This document shows positions 32,194-42,005 of a DNA stretch of 64,000 nucleotides, one piece after another. Source of the DNA: an uncultured Methyloceanibacter sp. (GTDB lineage Bacteria > Pseudomonadota > Alphaproteobacteria > Rhizobiales > Methyloligellaceae); assembly GCA_964390455.1 (NCBI GenBank), contig CAYMJW010000001.1, positions 2,255 to 66,254 on the forward strand. Direction: 5' to 3'. A model generated the notes under the pieces. It made no database searches and had not been told where the DNA came from. It saw only the letters and a list, made by a program, of their open reading frames with translations. Positions within the stretch are counted from its first letter, which is position 1. Each line of letters begins with the position of its first letter. Both the position numbers and the translations under genes were made by a program.

Positions 32194-33767
32194 ACCTCCT
32201 CGTCCTCGTCGTCCTCGTCGTAGGTCGCGCGTGCGCGCGCCGCGGCCGCTTTGCGCGCGAACTCCTCCAGAATGAGGTCGCTTTCGCTCGTCCCCAAGGA
32301 CACGAAGCGTTCGATGGCTCCTTCGTCGACCGTCAGCAGGCTGGTCTCGCCGTAAGCTCCAACCGTCTTTGGGCTCTGATGGATAAACAGTGCGACCTTG
32401 TCGCGCAGGGCGCCGTCAAGAGCCGCGGCGTTCTCGCTGCCCATGCCGGACAAATCCAACTCGATGACCGCGATGCCCGCCTCGTCGTTCAAACATTTTC
32501 CGGAGCGGACGATGGTCGTTGCGACCGGCATGCCTGAAGCCGGCGCCTTTGCTTCCATCATCGCGAATTGGACTTCACGTCTTGGGTCCGTCGACGCCAC
32601 GGCGAGGCGGTCGCCGGCTCTGACTGTGACGCGGCCTCCATTCGCCTGCGACCCGAGGAAGACCGCATCGCCGTGGCCAACGGCCGCAAGCGGTCGCTGA
32701 TCGAGCTTCGGAGCATCACGCATGAGCGCGTAGTAGGGGACGATTTGCGGGTAGAAGCGGCTCACGCCGCCGAAAGCGCGGACGACCAGCGTGCTGCCGG
32801 AAAGGACCATGCGAAGGGCGCCAATATAGGCGACAAACACGGCCCAACTTGCGCCGCCGCTCAACGCTTGGCTGGCCATGTAGTAAACCACCATTCCGAG
32901 AATGATGGTCACGGCGATCCCCATCACCAGGGTGAACTCGGCGACGATCCTGCGCCGTCCCAGAAAGGCGGCGGCAAATGCCGCCGGTGTTTCCAGACGC
33001 GATACGCGTTCGGCAGTAGGGCCGGCTTGATACAGCTCGCGGAGGTCCTTGTTGAGGGCGATTTGGGTCCGTTCCCGGAGTCTCGCGACCCGGACCCCGC
33101 GAAGCGCGATGGGGTAAAGGGACAATGCCCCGAGCGCTACCCCTGCGAGGATGAGCACCGTCAGCACTGGATCCATCCAAAGAAGGAAGACGAGCGCGGC
33201 GACGGCGCCGAGGGCCCCTGCGGAAGCGTTGAAAAAGATCACGGCCATGAGCGCGCCGCGCCGAGACCCGCCCAGGATCTTCGGGAATCCCTGTTGGACC
33301 AACATACGGCTCGCCATGGGCGCGCGGGGGTCGGGCAGGCGGCCGTCCAGAACGACAAGGCGCTTGAGACTATCAGCCAGGTTGTGCTCGGCGATCTTGT
33401 AGGTGATACGGCGCGACACGTACTGAAACACGCCGCTTGCCAAAAACAGCAGGGCGGAGAGGCCGACCATGGCCCAAAGGATTTCGGGCCGGCTGGGGTC
33501 GAGCGTCATGTCGAACAAGGGTACTTTGAGCGGCTCCTTCCGCTCCATCAGCCTCGCGTAGCCGTAGATCACTCCGATGGCGCCGATCTGCCCCGAGACA
33601 TAGAAGATGTTGGAGAGGAGGGCCGCGGCGAGCTTCCCCATATGCCCGCGAAACGCCTCATACACGAGCCAGACAACCACCCGCGTGTAGTTCCGGGCCT
33701 GCTTGCCCACGCCCGCGATCAGCGAGATTGGCTTGGTCAAGACGGTTGGGTTGGGAACCTTGAGCAT
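32190..33767 (-). CDS. ABC-exporter-like membrane protein with degenerate nucleotide-binding domain
   Basis: About six TM helices in an ABC-TMD arrangement; C-terminus NBD-like but without Walker A or signature motif. Confidence 0.6.
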   Translation of the reverse strand: MLKVPNPTVLTKPISLIAGVGKQARNYTRVVVWLVYEAFRGHMGKLAAALLSNIFYVSGQIGAIGVIYGYARLMERKEPLKVPLFDMTLDPSRPEILWAMVGLSALLFLASGVFQYVSRRITYKIAEHNLADSLKRLVVLDGRLPDPRAPMASRMLVQQGFPKILGGSRRGALMAVIFFNASAGALGAVAALVFLLWMDPVLTVLILAGVALGALSLYPIALRGVRVARLRERTQIALNKDLRELYQAGPTAERVSRLETPAAFAAAFLGRRRIVAEFTLVMGIAVTIILGMVVYYMASQALSGGASWAVFVAYIGALRMVLSGSTLVVRAFGGVSRFYPQIVPYYALMRDAPKLDQRPLAAVGHGDAVFLGSQANGGRVTVRAGDRLAVASTDPRREVQFAMMEAKAPASGMPVATTIVRSGKCLNDEAGIAVIELDLSGMGSENAAALDGALRDKVALFIHQSPKTVGAYGETSLLTVDEGAIERFVSLGTSESDLILEEFARKAAAARARATYDEDDEDEEV

Positions 33768-34939
33768 CAACCGGTCCTTGGCGCCGCGGCGAGGGCGTGA
33801 AACAGCGCGAGCCAGCGGGCGCTGACCTTCGCAATGTCGTAGTCGCGCAAAGCCTCGCGCGCCTTTGCGGCATAAGCATGCCGCAGCTCCGGCTTGGTCA
33901 TCATGGTCTCGAGCGCTTCCCTCAAGGCCGGGACATCGTCCGGCGGAACAAGCCTGCCATAACTGCCCTGCGCCAGGATATCGGCACTTGCACCGGGGCA
34001 TCCGGTCGCGACGACAGGAAGCCCCAAGGAAAGCGCCTCGAGGAGCGCATTGGGGAAACCCTCGAACCGCGACGGAAGCACGAAAAAGGCGGCTTCAGAC
34101 AGCGCGCCGGCAACGTCCCGGGTGAGGCCGGGCAAGGCGACGCTCGCCTCCAATTGCCGCTTCCTGATCAATTCGGTCAACTCCCCCCGCTGCGGCCCTT
34201 CGCCGTAGATGAGCAGTTTCCACTCCGGGAACTTCGCAGCAAGCGGCGCAAAGCTCTCGATCAGAAGGTCAAAGCCCTTCTGCGGCGCAAGCCGTCCCAC
34301 CGACACGATCTTCCACGTGTCACCCTCGCGTCGCCTTGCTGGCTGCCTCGCCCCGTCTGCGGCGCGATCGAGAACCACGGGGTTGGGGATGACATGCACT
34401 TGCGTGCGAAATCGCGCCCGCGCCCAGGCCCCAAGCGCCTCGGTCTGCATCACAATCGCGGCCGCACGATGGTAGCTGACGCGCCGCGCCAGGCGGTGAA
34501 GCGTTCCGAGTCCCGGCCGATCCGGCTGGTTGCGCTCGGATACGACGACGCGACAGGGCAGTCCGCCGGCCGCCACGAGAGCAACCACATTTGCTTCCGT
34601 CATGAAGGCCACGACGATCTCCGGTCGTAAGCCGCGCAGAAGAGACCGAAGCCGCGAAATCCGCTTCACGTTGATCGAGGCCCTGGCGAACAGTCCCGGC
34701 GCCGTTCGAGCCGCGTCGAGGCGATGAACGGCAATGTTCCGATCAAGGGCATGAAACGGTTCGGAGGTGTCGGCTTCGAAGACGATCAGATCGAGCGTGT
34801 GGTTTCGCCCCACCCAGTCGCTCGCGAGCAGACTCGCGACACGCTCGGCGCCACCGGGGCCCAACGTCGGAATGACGAAAGCGATGCGCAACGATTCACC
34901 TCTGTTGCCGGCGCCCGTCCTCGACGGCGGCGTTTGCAC
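33767..34939 (-). CDS. GT4 glycosyltransferase
   Basis: GGAER, VGRLAPQKG, SRFEGFPNALLEA. Confidence 0.92.
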   Translation of the reverse strand: MQTPPSRTGAGNRGESLRIAFVIPTLGPGGAERVASLLASDWVGRNHTLDLIVFEADTSEPFHALDRNIAVHRLDAARTAPGLFARASINVKRISRLRSLLRGLRPEIVVAFMTEANVVALVAAGGLPCRVVVSERNQPDRPGLGTLHRLARRVSYHRAAAIVMQTEALGAWARARFRTQVHVIPNPVVLDRAADGARQPARRREGDTWKIVSVGRLAPQKGFDLLIESFAPLAAKFPEWKLLIYGEGPQRGELTELIRKRQLEASVALPGLTRDVAGALSEAAFFVLPSRFEGFPNALLEALSLGLPVVATGCPGASADILAQGSYGRLVPPDDVPALREALETMMTKPELRHAYAAKAREALRDYDIAKVSARWLALFHALAAAPRTG

Positions 34940-35874
34940 TAGCCTTGCTGCGTGACCGAGGAGGACCGGCGCCGATCCCCCGTGGCAATCATCCGATAGC
35001 GGCCGTCGGTACCGATCCCTTCGAGGTCGCTTGCATAGAGCTCTTGAAGCTCGGCCTTCTCCTCACTGGTCCAAGGATCGAAGGGAGACGTATCCGCCGC
35101 GCGCGATTGCACGAACGGCACGAGGTATCCGGCAACGCGCCAGCCGAGCCTGTTCCCGAGACTCTGCATGCGATCCACGGTTGCTTGCGACAGCGAGGGA
35201 CGGACGGTCTCGCCCGACAGGTGCAGCTTCGGGGCCGTCTGCGGGCCTGCCAAGGCATCGAAGACCGCGATCTCGGACTGCCGGAAACTTTCGTAGGGCC
35301 AAACGACGATGGGGGCGGCGGGAAACAAGCCGGCAATCTCGGCCAGAATGTTCGGCCAACGCCGGGACAAGGGATCGAGGCGCTCTTTGAAGAGATCGGA
35401 ACTCGTGCCCGTTCCATAGCGGAGAGCCTCGCAATAGGCCGCGGCGTAGAAGGACGCATAGCACCGTATCGCGATGAAGATGCGGACCTCATGCCCGGAC
35501 GTCATGGCGGCAATGGCGCCGAGTTTCGCGGCGAGCTTCGGGTAGAGTTGGCCCGAACTTACGATGTCGCCGCAGGTGCCGATCATGTTCTCATCGGAAA
35601 TGATGCAGGTCGCGGACTGGGCCGGGTCCCAGGCACGGAGGCGGCGATCGAACTTGGCTTGCGGCGATCCCGAGAAACTTGCGCCACGCCGGAGCAGGCT
35701 CCGCCGCCAAGAGCGAAACGCGCGCATCGGAACATAGGCCGTCCCACGCTCTGCCAAGGTCTCGGCGTTATGGCTGAGCTGGGCTTGGATATAGGTCGTC
35801 GCCGTCTTGTGCGCGCCGAGGTGCAGGTGGATAGCCGCCCCGTGTTCGCGCCCGGAGTTTGAACGCATGAGCAT
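34939..35874 (-). CDS. P-loop sulfotransferase-like protein
   Basis: HLGAHKTATTYIQ and ISDEN motifs of the kind seen in polysaccharide loci; start uncertain. Confidence 0.6.
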   Translation of the reverse strand: MLMRSNSGREHGAAIHLHLGAHKTATTYIQAQLSHNAETLAERGTAYVPMRAFRSWRRSLLRRGASFSGSPQAKFDRRLRAWDPAQSATCIISDENMIGTCGDIVSSGQLYPKLAAKLGAIAAMTSGHEVRIFIAIRCYASFYAAAYCEALRYGTGTSSDLFKERLDPLSRRWPNILAEIAGLFPAAPIVVWPYESFRQSEIAVFDALAGPQTAPKLHLSGETVRPSLSQATVDRMQSLGNRLGWRVAGYLVPFVQSRAADTSPFDPWTSEEKAELQELYASDLEGIGTDGRYRMIATGDRRRSSSVTQQG

Positions 35875-35925
35875 TGTCGCCGTCAGAGGCAGGCAGGCGG
35901 ACGGCATCGCATGGCGCCACCCCGG

Positions 35926-36753
35926 TCACAGACATTCGGCAATACGGGACTCCAGCCTGGCAATGGCGCGATCGACGCGTTCGATGAGCTCGGGCGCCAT
36001 CATGCGGCGCCAGGAATCGTCTTCTCTCAACTCCCCGTTCCCCGCAAAGCGCATCGAATTGCCGGCAAGGTTGTGATGAGGCAGATGGGCCCATTCGCGT
36101 TGCCGATCCTCGAATACAAGCCCGAGAGGCGCAAGGACGCGTGACAAGGCGAGCGCGGGATCGGCCGCCAGTTCCTCGTAACGGACGGTGACGAAAGAGC
36201 TTCCCTGCAAGACGTCGAGGAGCTCCTCGTTCGCGCGCAGATTGTCGGCGAGCGCGCGGTCGGGATCGCCGTATTTCTTCATCATGGAGTTGATCTGGCC
36301 ATGGGGCTGCCGATAGAGGAACACCGGATGGAGATCGAACGCATCGGCGTCCAACAACATCTTCAGGCGCGTCACCGATTTGCTGGAGTCGACGACGAAT
36401 GTTTTGCCCGTCGCTTCGATGACCGCGGCGTAGAGCAACGCGTTGTCGCGACGGAAGCGGCTGCGGTTGGCGGTCGTGAGCTGAAGATCGCGCAGGCTCG
36501 AGCCGCGCTTGGCAAGAGCCGCTTCGACTTTCGTCCAATGAGAGCACTGCCAGATGCTCGACGCGCCACAGGTGCATTTCTGCTTTTTGCCGAGTTCGGC
36601 GCCGCTCACCGGCGCTTCGGCATAGCGCTTGAGCTTGCCGATCTCGCCCAAGCTCTCGATTTGGCTGTGCGAGCCGAGAAAGAGATCGAGCAAGGTGGAG
36701 CCGCTATGCGGAAGGCTGGCAATATAGAGAACGCTTGGACGCGCTGAAGACAT
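35926..36753 (-). CDS. Sulfotransferase-family protein
   Basis: PHSGSTLLD, CTCG...C..W, VDSSK, RYEEL, HNLAGNSMRF. Confidence 0.82.
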   Translation of the reverse strand: MSSARPSVLYIASLPHSGSTLLDLFLGSHSQIESLGEIGKLKRYAEAPVSGAELGKKQKCTCGASSIWQCSHWTKVEAALAKRGSSLRDLQLTTANRSRFRRDNALLYAAVIEATGKTFVVDSSKSVTRLKMLLDADAFDLHPVFLYRQPHGQINSMMKKYGDPDRALADNLRANEELLDVLQGSSFVTVRYEELAADPALALSRVLAPLGLVFEDRQREWAHLPHHNLAGNSMRFAGNGELREDDSWRRMMAPELIERVDRAIARLESRIAECL

Positions 36754-36947
36754 GGGCGGGCGGTATCGGCGATGGTGGGACTGGTTCCGGGCGGCATGTT
36801 AGTCGAGGCTGAGGAGGCGGGCTAGTGCGTGCGGCCCCGCGCCTGCCGTTCTCTTCGCGCGACAATTCCGTGCTTTTCGGCTATCTGCGGGTGTCTTTGG
36901 TGTCCTCTGCGCGCTGCAACCCTGACGCATAAGGTCGCGTGTTGCCA

Positions 36948-38258
36948 ATGTCTCGGTTCGATACCGTCCACCCCTCCCTTGTCTGGATGCTCAACCCCCT
37001 GCTCAAGATTCGCGGGGAGATGGTGCGGCGGGCGCTTCACCGCGCGATCGCGTCGCAGGGCCTCTCACCGGGACGATCCGGCAGAAGCCCAGATTCCATC
37101 CACATCGCCTATCTCGCAAACGCGCCGGTTCCCACCAAGGCCGCCAATTGCGTTCACGTGATGAAGATGTGCAACGCCTTTCAGAGCAACGGTTATCGCA
37201 CCACCTTGTTCGCGGAGAGGTCGGGTCGTGACAGCGTCGATGAAGCAAGACTGTTCGACGATTTCGGCGTCGCGCCGTTCGGCGTTTGCCTCTTGGATCG
37301 CTCGCGCGGCGCGCTCGCCATGGAGGCCGAGCGGATCGAGGAGGCGTTGCGGCGGGGGGCAACCCATTTCTTCGGCCGCTCGTTGAGCGGTGCTTATGCC
37401 GCTGCGCTGACCGGCACGCCCAGCCTTCTGGAACGTCACCTTCCGTTAAAGCCCGGCGAAACAGCGATCGCGACGGATCTCTTCGCGCAGCCCTCGTTCT
37501 TGGGGCTGATCGTCATCAGCGACGCACTGAAGCGTTGGTACGAAGGCCGCTTCGCCAACCTCGCGGGGCGCATCACCGTGCTTCCCGATGCCGCGGACCC
37601 GCCGCTCGCGGAAGCATCCGACTTCGCCTTCGAGACGGCCGGAGGAGCGTCATTTCGCGCGGGCTATGCCGGACATCTCTATCCCGGCAAGGGGGCCGAG
37701 ATCATCGCGGCGCTGGCGCGGCGCGTGCCGCATGTAAGCTTTCATGTTCTCGGCGGCGACGACGCCGACGTCGCGCGCTGGCGCAACGACACGTCCGACT
37801 TGCGCAATATCGTCTTCTACGGCTTCCGCCCGCAGCGCGAGGTGAGCGCCTTCCTGCGCGGGCCCGATGTGATGCTGACGCCCTACCAGCGCGAGGTCAG
37901 GGTGCAGGGCGGCGGCGAGGTCTCGGCCTGGATGTCGCCGCTCAAGATCTTCGAGTGCATGGCGCACGCGAAGCCGATCGTCAGCTCCGATCTGCCTGTG
38001 CTTCGCGAGGTTCTAACCGATAACGTCAACGCGCTCCTTTGTGATCCGGACGATATCGACGCTTGGGTTGCCGCCCTCGAGCGTCTGAGAGGCGACCATA
38101 AGCTTCGGGCGCGATTGTCGGAGCGCGCCAAGGGCGATTTCGAGACCAAATACACGTGGCGCAAGCGCGCCGAGACGATCGCCAGACTCCTGACCGCGCG
38201 ACGAACCGCCGCCCTCGACAGCGGGGTCACGCCCCACCGGAGGGACCCTGTCGTATAG
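36948..38258 (+). CDS. GT4 glycosyltransferase
   Basis: ANCVHVMKMCNAF, YAGHLYPGKG, SPLKIFECMA, SDLPVLREVL. Confidence 0.9.
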   Translation: MSRFDTVHPSLVWMLNPLLKIRGEMVRRALHRAIASQGLSPGRSGRSPDSIHIAYLANAPVPTKAANCVHVMKMCNAFQSNGYRTTLFAERSGRDSVDEARLFDDFGVAPFGVCLLDRSRGALAMEAERIEEALRRGATHFFGRSLSGAYAAALTGTPSLLERHLPLKPGETAIATDLFAQPSFLGLIVISDALKRWYEGRFANLAGRITVLPDAADPPLAEASDFAFETAGGASFRAGYAGHLYPGKGAEIIAALARRVPHVSFHVLGGDDADVARWRNDTSDLRNIVFYGFRPQREVSAFLRGPDVMLTPYQREVRVQGGGEVSAWMSPLKIFECMAHAKPIVSSDLPVLREVLTDNVNALLCDPDDIDAWVAALERLRGDHKLRARLSERAKGDFETKYTWRKRAETIARLLTARRTAALDSGVTPHRRDPVV

Positions 38259-39243
38259 CCTCGAGGCGCAGCGCCGCCTGACGTTCGATGAGCTCCTCGG
38301 CGCGCTCGCCCGGAACGCCTCGATGCTCGGTGAGGTAGGTGATCTTCCTGGTTCTTCCGCGGACCGAAAGAATGAGCTCGACGGCGCTTACGATCCGCAT
38401 CTGCATGACCGGATCGAGGTCTCGCGGGCCGCGCAAGGACTCGAGCAGGGCGTAAACCTTGGCCGGACAGAGACGGAACAATTTCCGCATGTCCCAAGCA
38501 ACCGGGCCGCGGCGGAACTTCTCCCAGTCGATGACGTAGAGCTTGCCGTCTTCGGATGCGATCATGTTGCCCTCGGAGAGATCGCCATGCAGAAGGGCGA
38601 CCGGCCATGTCGCGGAGAGAGCGGACTGCGGCAGGTCCGATCCGGCGCTCGCGAACGTCTGCGCAAGCTCGTGCGCGGAAATCCGGTTCGCACGCAGGAA
38701 GAAAGAGACGCCACGAGAGCGCGCGAAGGGCGCGTAGAGCTTCCTGGCGAAGCTTTGCAGGAAAAGCTCGGCCTTCGTGTCCTTGTCGCGTTCGGGGCAG
38801 CGGCGCACAAGCTCCTCTATGAACCACGTCAAGTTGGGTCCGTAACGGATGAGCCGCGGTATCGAAGCCGCGTTGCGGCTTGCCAACAGTTTATGCGCCT
38901 TGATCTCCCGCGCGAGCGAACCACGACGATTAAGCGACTGAAGACCGATCTTCGCCGTGACCGTGGGTGACGCGCCGGCATGTTCACGGCAAAACAGCCG
39001 GGCATTGTTCTTGATACGGAGCGTATCGACCGAACGCGGGAGACGAAGCAGCGCGGGCGGTCCGTCTTTCAGGCTGTTCAGCAGGCCTCGGACCGCGCCC
39101 CACGAGGAGAGCAGCCGTCGCAAGGGCACACCCACCCCGCCGGAACCGATCACGAAAATCGCCCAAGGTTCCGGACCAAGCTCGGCGCCAATCGTCTTGA
39201 GTTTTGCCCCGATTTCGCTGACAGGCTTGCCACGGACGGCCAT
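38227..39243 (-). CDS. APH/choline-kinase-like phosphotransferase
   Basis: HGDLSEGN catalytic loop and IDWE motif. Confidence 0.75.
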   Translation of the reverse strand: MAVRGKPVSEIGAKLKTIGAELGPEPWAIFVIGSGGVGVPLRRLLSSWGAVRGLLNSLKDGPPALLRLPRSVDTLRIKNNARLFCREHAGASPTVTAKIGLQSLNRRGSLAREIKAHKLLASRNAASIPRLIRYGPNLTWFIEELVRRCPERDKDTKAELFLQSFARKLYAPFARSRGVSFFLRANRISAHELAQTFASAGSDLPQSALSATWPVALLHGDLSEGNMIASEDGKLYVIDWEKFRRGPVAWDMRKLFRLCPAKVYALLESLRGPRDLDPVMQMRIVSAVELILSVRGRTRKITYLTEHRGVPGERAEELIERQAALRLEAIRQGPSGGA

Positions 39244-39350
39244 GCCGGGAAAGTGTCACGCCATCGTCACGGTGTCCACTTGCGTCGCGCGGACTCGCGC
39301 GCGCCTCAGGGGCCGGCCTGGCAACCGGCAAATTGAGGGGCGGACCGGCG

Positions 39351-40667
39351 TTAGTTGAAGCGTGACTTGAAGCCCAATCGCTTGCATTCGACGCATTGAA
39401 TTCTTCTGCCGCAGGCGACTTCCCAACAGGCAATCTGATCTTCGAAAGAGAGCAAGATCCGCTCCACGTGGAGATTGGGCGCGCTCTTGAGCAATATGAT
39501 TTCACCGGGGATCGCCGTTTCCGCGATGAATGCGGCCGCCTCGCGGACGGTACGCTTCTCGACGAAGCGCCCAGCCGCCACCTCCTCTTCCGTCGCCTTG
39601 GAACGATGCGCGTTGTCGCCGACGAAGATGACCTGATCCGCCACGCGGCGCGAGGCGCGGTACACGTCGCGGTATTTCGGATTGGTATTGCTGGCGTCGC
39701 TGATCTGGCCGATGACGATGCGTTTCCGTGGCGCGCTGAATTCGGCCATCATCTCGATGGGAAGGTAAATGCTCCAATACGGCGCCTTGTTGGTATCGGC
39801 GATGAAGATCGGTCCGTTGTCGATCACATGCGCCGAGCACCTGCCGAAGACGGACTTTTGGCCGGCGATCCGGTCCTTGATGAGCGAGACGGGCAAACCA
39901 AGTTCATGGGCGCAGGCAAAGGCCGCGGCGACTGCCAGGCTATTGTGTGACCCCGTCAGTTGGGTTTCGATCTCGAAGCTTTCGCCACTGTGGGCGATCG
40001 TCAAGGCAAGCGCTCCGGGAACTGCAGCCACGGTCCGCGTGATTCGGTAGTCGCCGCCAGAGCGCCCGAACGTCACGACACGCGCTCGCGTGCGCGCCGC
40101 CATGGCGAGAACGTGCGGGTCGTCGTGGTTCAGTATGGCCAAACCATTCTCGGGCAGCGCCTCGACAAGCGTACGCTTCTCCCCAGCCACAGCTTCGAGC
40201 GTACGGAAGGCGCTAAAGTGTTCGAGGCCGACAAGCGTGACGATGGCGACCGAAGGCCGCACGAGATCAATCTGCGGTTGAAGGCTGCCGGGAAGATGGG
40301 CGGCGACCTCGCAAACCACGTAGCGGCTCGCTGAGGACATTCTCCTTAGCGACTTCCGATAGGCGTCGAGCGTGTTCTTGCCAAATTGACTGTGGACCGC
40401 CCCTTGACCCGAAAGGATATGCGACAGCATCGCCACCGTGCTGGTCTTGGCGCTGCTGCCCGTGACGCAAATGAAGGTCGCGTTGTTTCGGCTTCGACTC
40501 AGTTTCGCTAGCGCATAGGCGACGCGATTTTTTAGAGAAGAGCGCGGTAACTTCCGCAGAAGTCTTTGCTGCAAGCCCCACCAGGTGAATTTCTTGCGAA
40601 GGAGACGGCCCGCATAGCGTCGCGGCACCTCAAATGGACTGGTGCGTTGGTCATGAACGAGGGGCAT
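39351..40667 (-). CDS. MurF-like ligase paralog A
   Basis: VTGSSAKTS, CEV, GLEH, EK, NHDDP, GR; C-terminal CWEVACGRRIQCVEC. Confidence 0.88.
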   Translation of the reverse strand: MPLVHDQRTSPFEVPRRYAGRLLRKKFTWWGLQQRLLRKLPRSSLKNRVAYALAKLSRSRNNATFICVTGSSAKTSTVAMLSHILSGQGAVHSQFGKNTLDAYRKSLRRMSSASRYVVCEVAAHLPGSLQPQIDLVRPSVAIVTLVGLEHFSAFRTLEAVAGEKRTLVEALPENGLAILNHDDPHVLAMAARTRARVVTFGRSGGDYRITRTVAAVPGALALTIAHSGESFEIETQLTGSHNSLAVAAAFACAHELGLPVSLIKDRIAGQKSVFGRCSAHVIDNGPIFIADTNKAPYWSIYLPIEMMAEFSAPRKRIVIGQISDASNTNPKYRDVYRASRRVADQVIFVGDNAHRSKATEEEVAAGRFVEKRTVREAAAFIAETAIPGEIILLKSAPNLHVERILLSFEDQIACWEVACGRRIQCVECKRLGFKSRFN

Positions 40668-40670
40668 CGC

Positions 40671-42005
40671 CTATTGCGCCTTCACCACGTCCGGCAGGGC
40701 TCCTTCAGAAACGGGCTCATCGTTCGCCGCCACATCTCCGGGCCGCAGCGGTGGCGGGCTTGGGGTCCGGTATTGGCGGCAACGGGGGCAAGCCCGGCGC
40801 TTGCCGCAACCTTCGCGCCAGCAGACCACGTGATCGATCTGGTCCAGGGCAAGACGTTCAAGATGGTCGGTGTAGGATGCCTTGACCAGGATGAGCTCGC
40901 CGGCCCGGCTCTCTTCCGCTAAGAAACGGCTGGCCTCATACGCGTTTGTATAGGTGCGGAGCCGGTTGCCGGCGTCCTGCCGCAGTGCCTCGACGTGCGA
41001 GGCTTGAGTCCCAACGAAAATAACCCGGTCCGCAACGGCGAGAGCCTGACGCGCAACCTTGCGGTACGTCCGGCTGCCGTTTCCCGCATAGTCGGACAGC
41101 GTCCCGAACACGATGGTCTTGCGCGGCGCGCTCGCGGCCGCAAGAAACGAAAGGCCGCTTGCGACCGTCCACAGGGGCGCCTTGGCGGTGTCGAGCAGAA
41201 AAGCCGGCCGCCCCGGAACCTGATGGACGGAGTAGCGGCCGAAAACCGGTTCGACCGCCTCGATTGCTCTGGCGCAAGTTTCAAGATCGAGCTTGCAGGC
41301 GAGCCCGCAGGCAATCGCGGCCAGGACCGAGGGGGTCCAGTGGTTTCCGGGCAGTTGCGTGCAGACCTCTGCCGATTCCCCCCCATAGGACACGGTGAAT
41401 GTCAGGAGGTCGGGCCAAGCGCTCGAAATGTCATGCGCCCTGACATCGGCCTCCGGCGAAATGCCAAACGTCATGACGCGCGCTCTTGTGCGCGAGGCCA
41501 TGGCCAACACGTGCGGATCGTCCGCATTCAGGATCGCGGTGCCTTCGGCCGGCAACCCCTCGACCAGCGTGCCCTTTTCCTTGGCCGTCTCCTCGAGGCT
41601 GCGGAAGGCTTTGTAGTGATCGCTTCCGACCATCGTCACGATCCCGATATGAGGCCGCAGCGCGTAAACATGCCTTGCGATCTTGCCGGGACGGTCGCCG
41701 GAGAGTTCTTGGACGCAGTACTTCGCATCGGACGGAAGATGCAGCACTGCCCTTGCCGTGGCGCTCTCGCTATTGTTGTCGGCGCCGATCGGGCTGCTGC
41801 CGTCCCGGGCAAGGATGGCGCGAACGAGCTGGGTCGCGGTGGTCTTGCCGCAGCTTCCCGTGATCGCAACGAAGGTGGTATGCCGTAGCAACAAGCGCCG
41901 CAGGTGTGCCGCGTAGAGCGAAGCAGCGTTAATCAGGGGCTTGCCGTCAGTCACAACGTAGCGCCTCAGCCGGCGCCAGGCCTTGGTGCCCACGGAGGAG
42001 TCCAC
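40671..42005 (-). CDS. MurF-like ligase paralog B
   Basis: ITGSCGKTT, QEL, GSDH, NADDP, GRY; CWREGCGKRRACPRC. Confidence 0.88.
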   Translation of the reverse strand: MDSSVGTKAWRRLRRYVVTDGKPLINAASLYAAHLRRLLLRHTTFVAITGSCGKTTATQLVRAILARDGSSPIGADNNSESATARAVLHLPSDAKYCVQELSGDRPGKIARHVYALRPHIGIVTMVGSDHYKAFRSLEETAKEKGTLVEGLPAEGTAILNADDPHVLAMASRTRARVMTFGISPEADVRAHDISSAWPDLLTFTVSYGGESAEVCTQLPGNHWTPSVLAAIACGLACKLDLETCARAIEAVEPVFGRYSVHQVPGRPAFLLDTAKAPLWTVASGLSFLAAASAPRKTIVFGTLSDYAGNGSRTYRKVARQALAVADRVIFVGTQASHVEALRQDAGNRLRTYTNAYEASRFLAEESRAGELILVKASYTDHLERLALDQIDHVVCWREGCGKRRACPRCRQYRTPSPPPLRPGDVAANDEPVSEGALPDVVKAQ

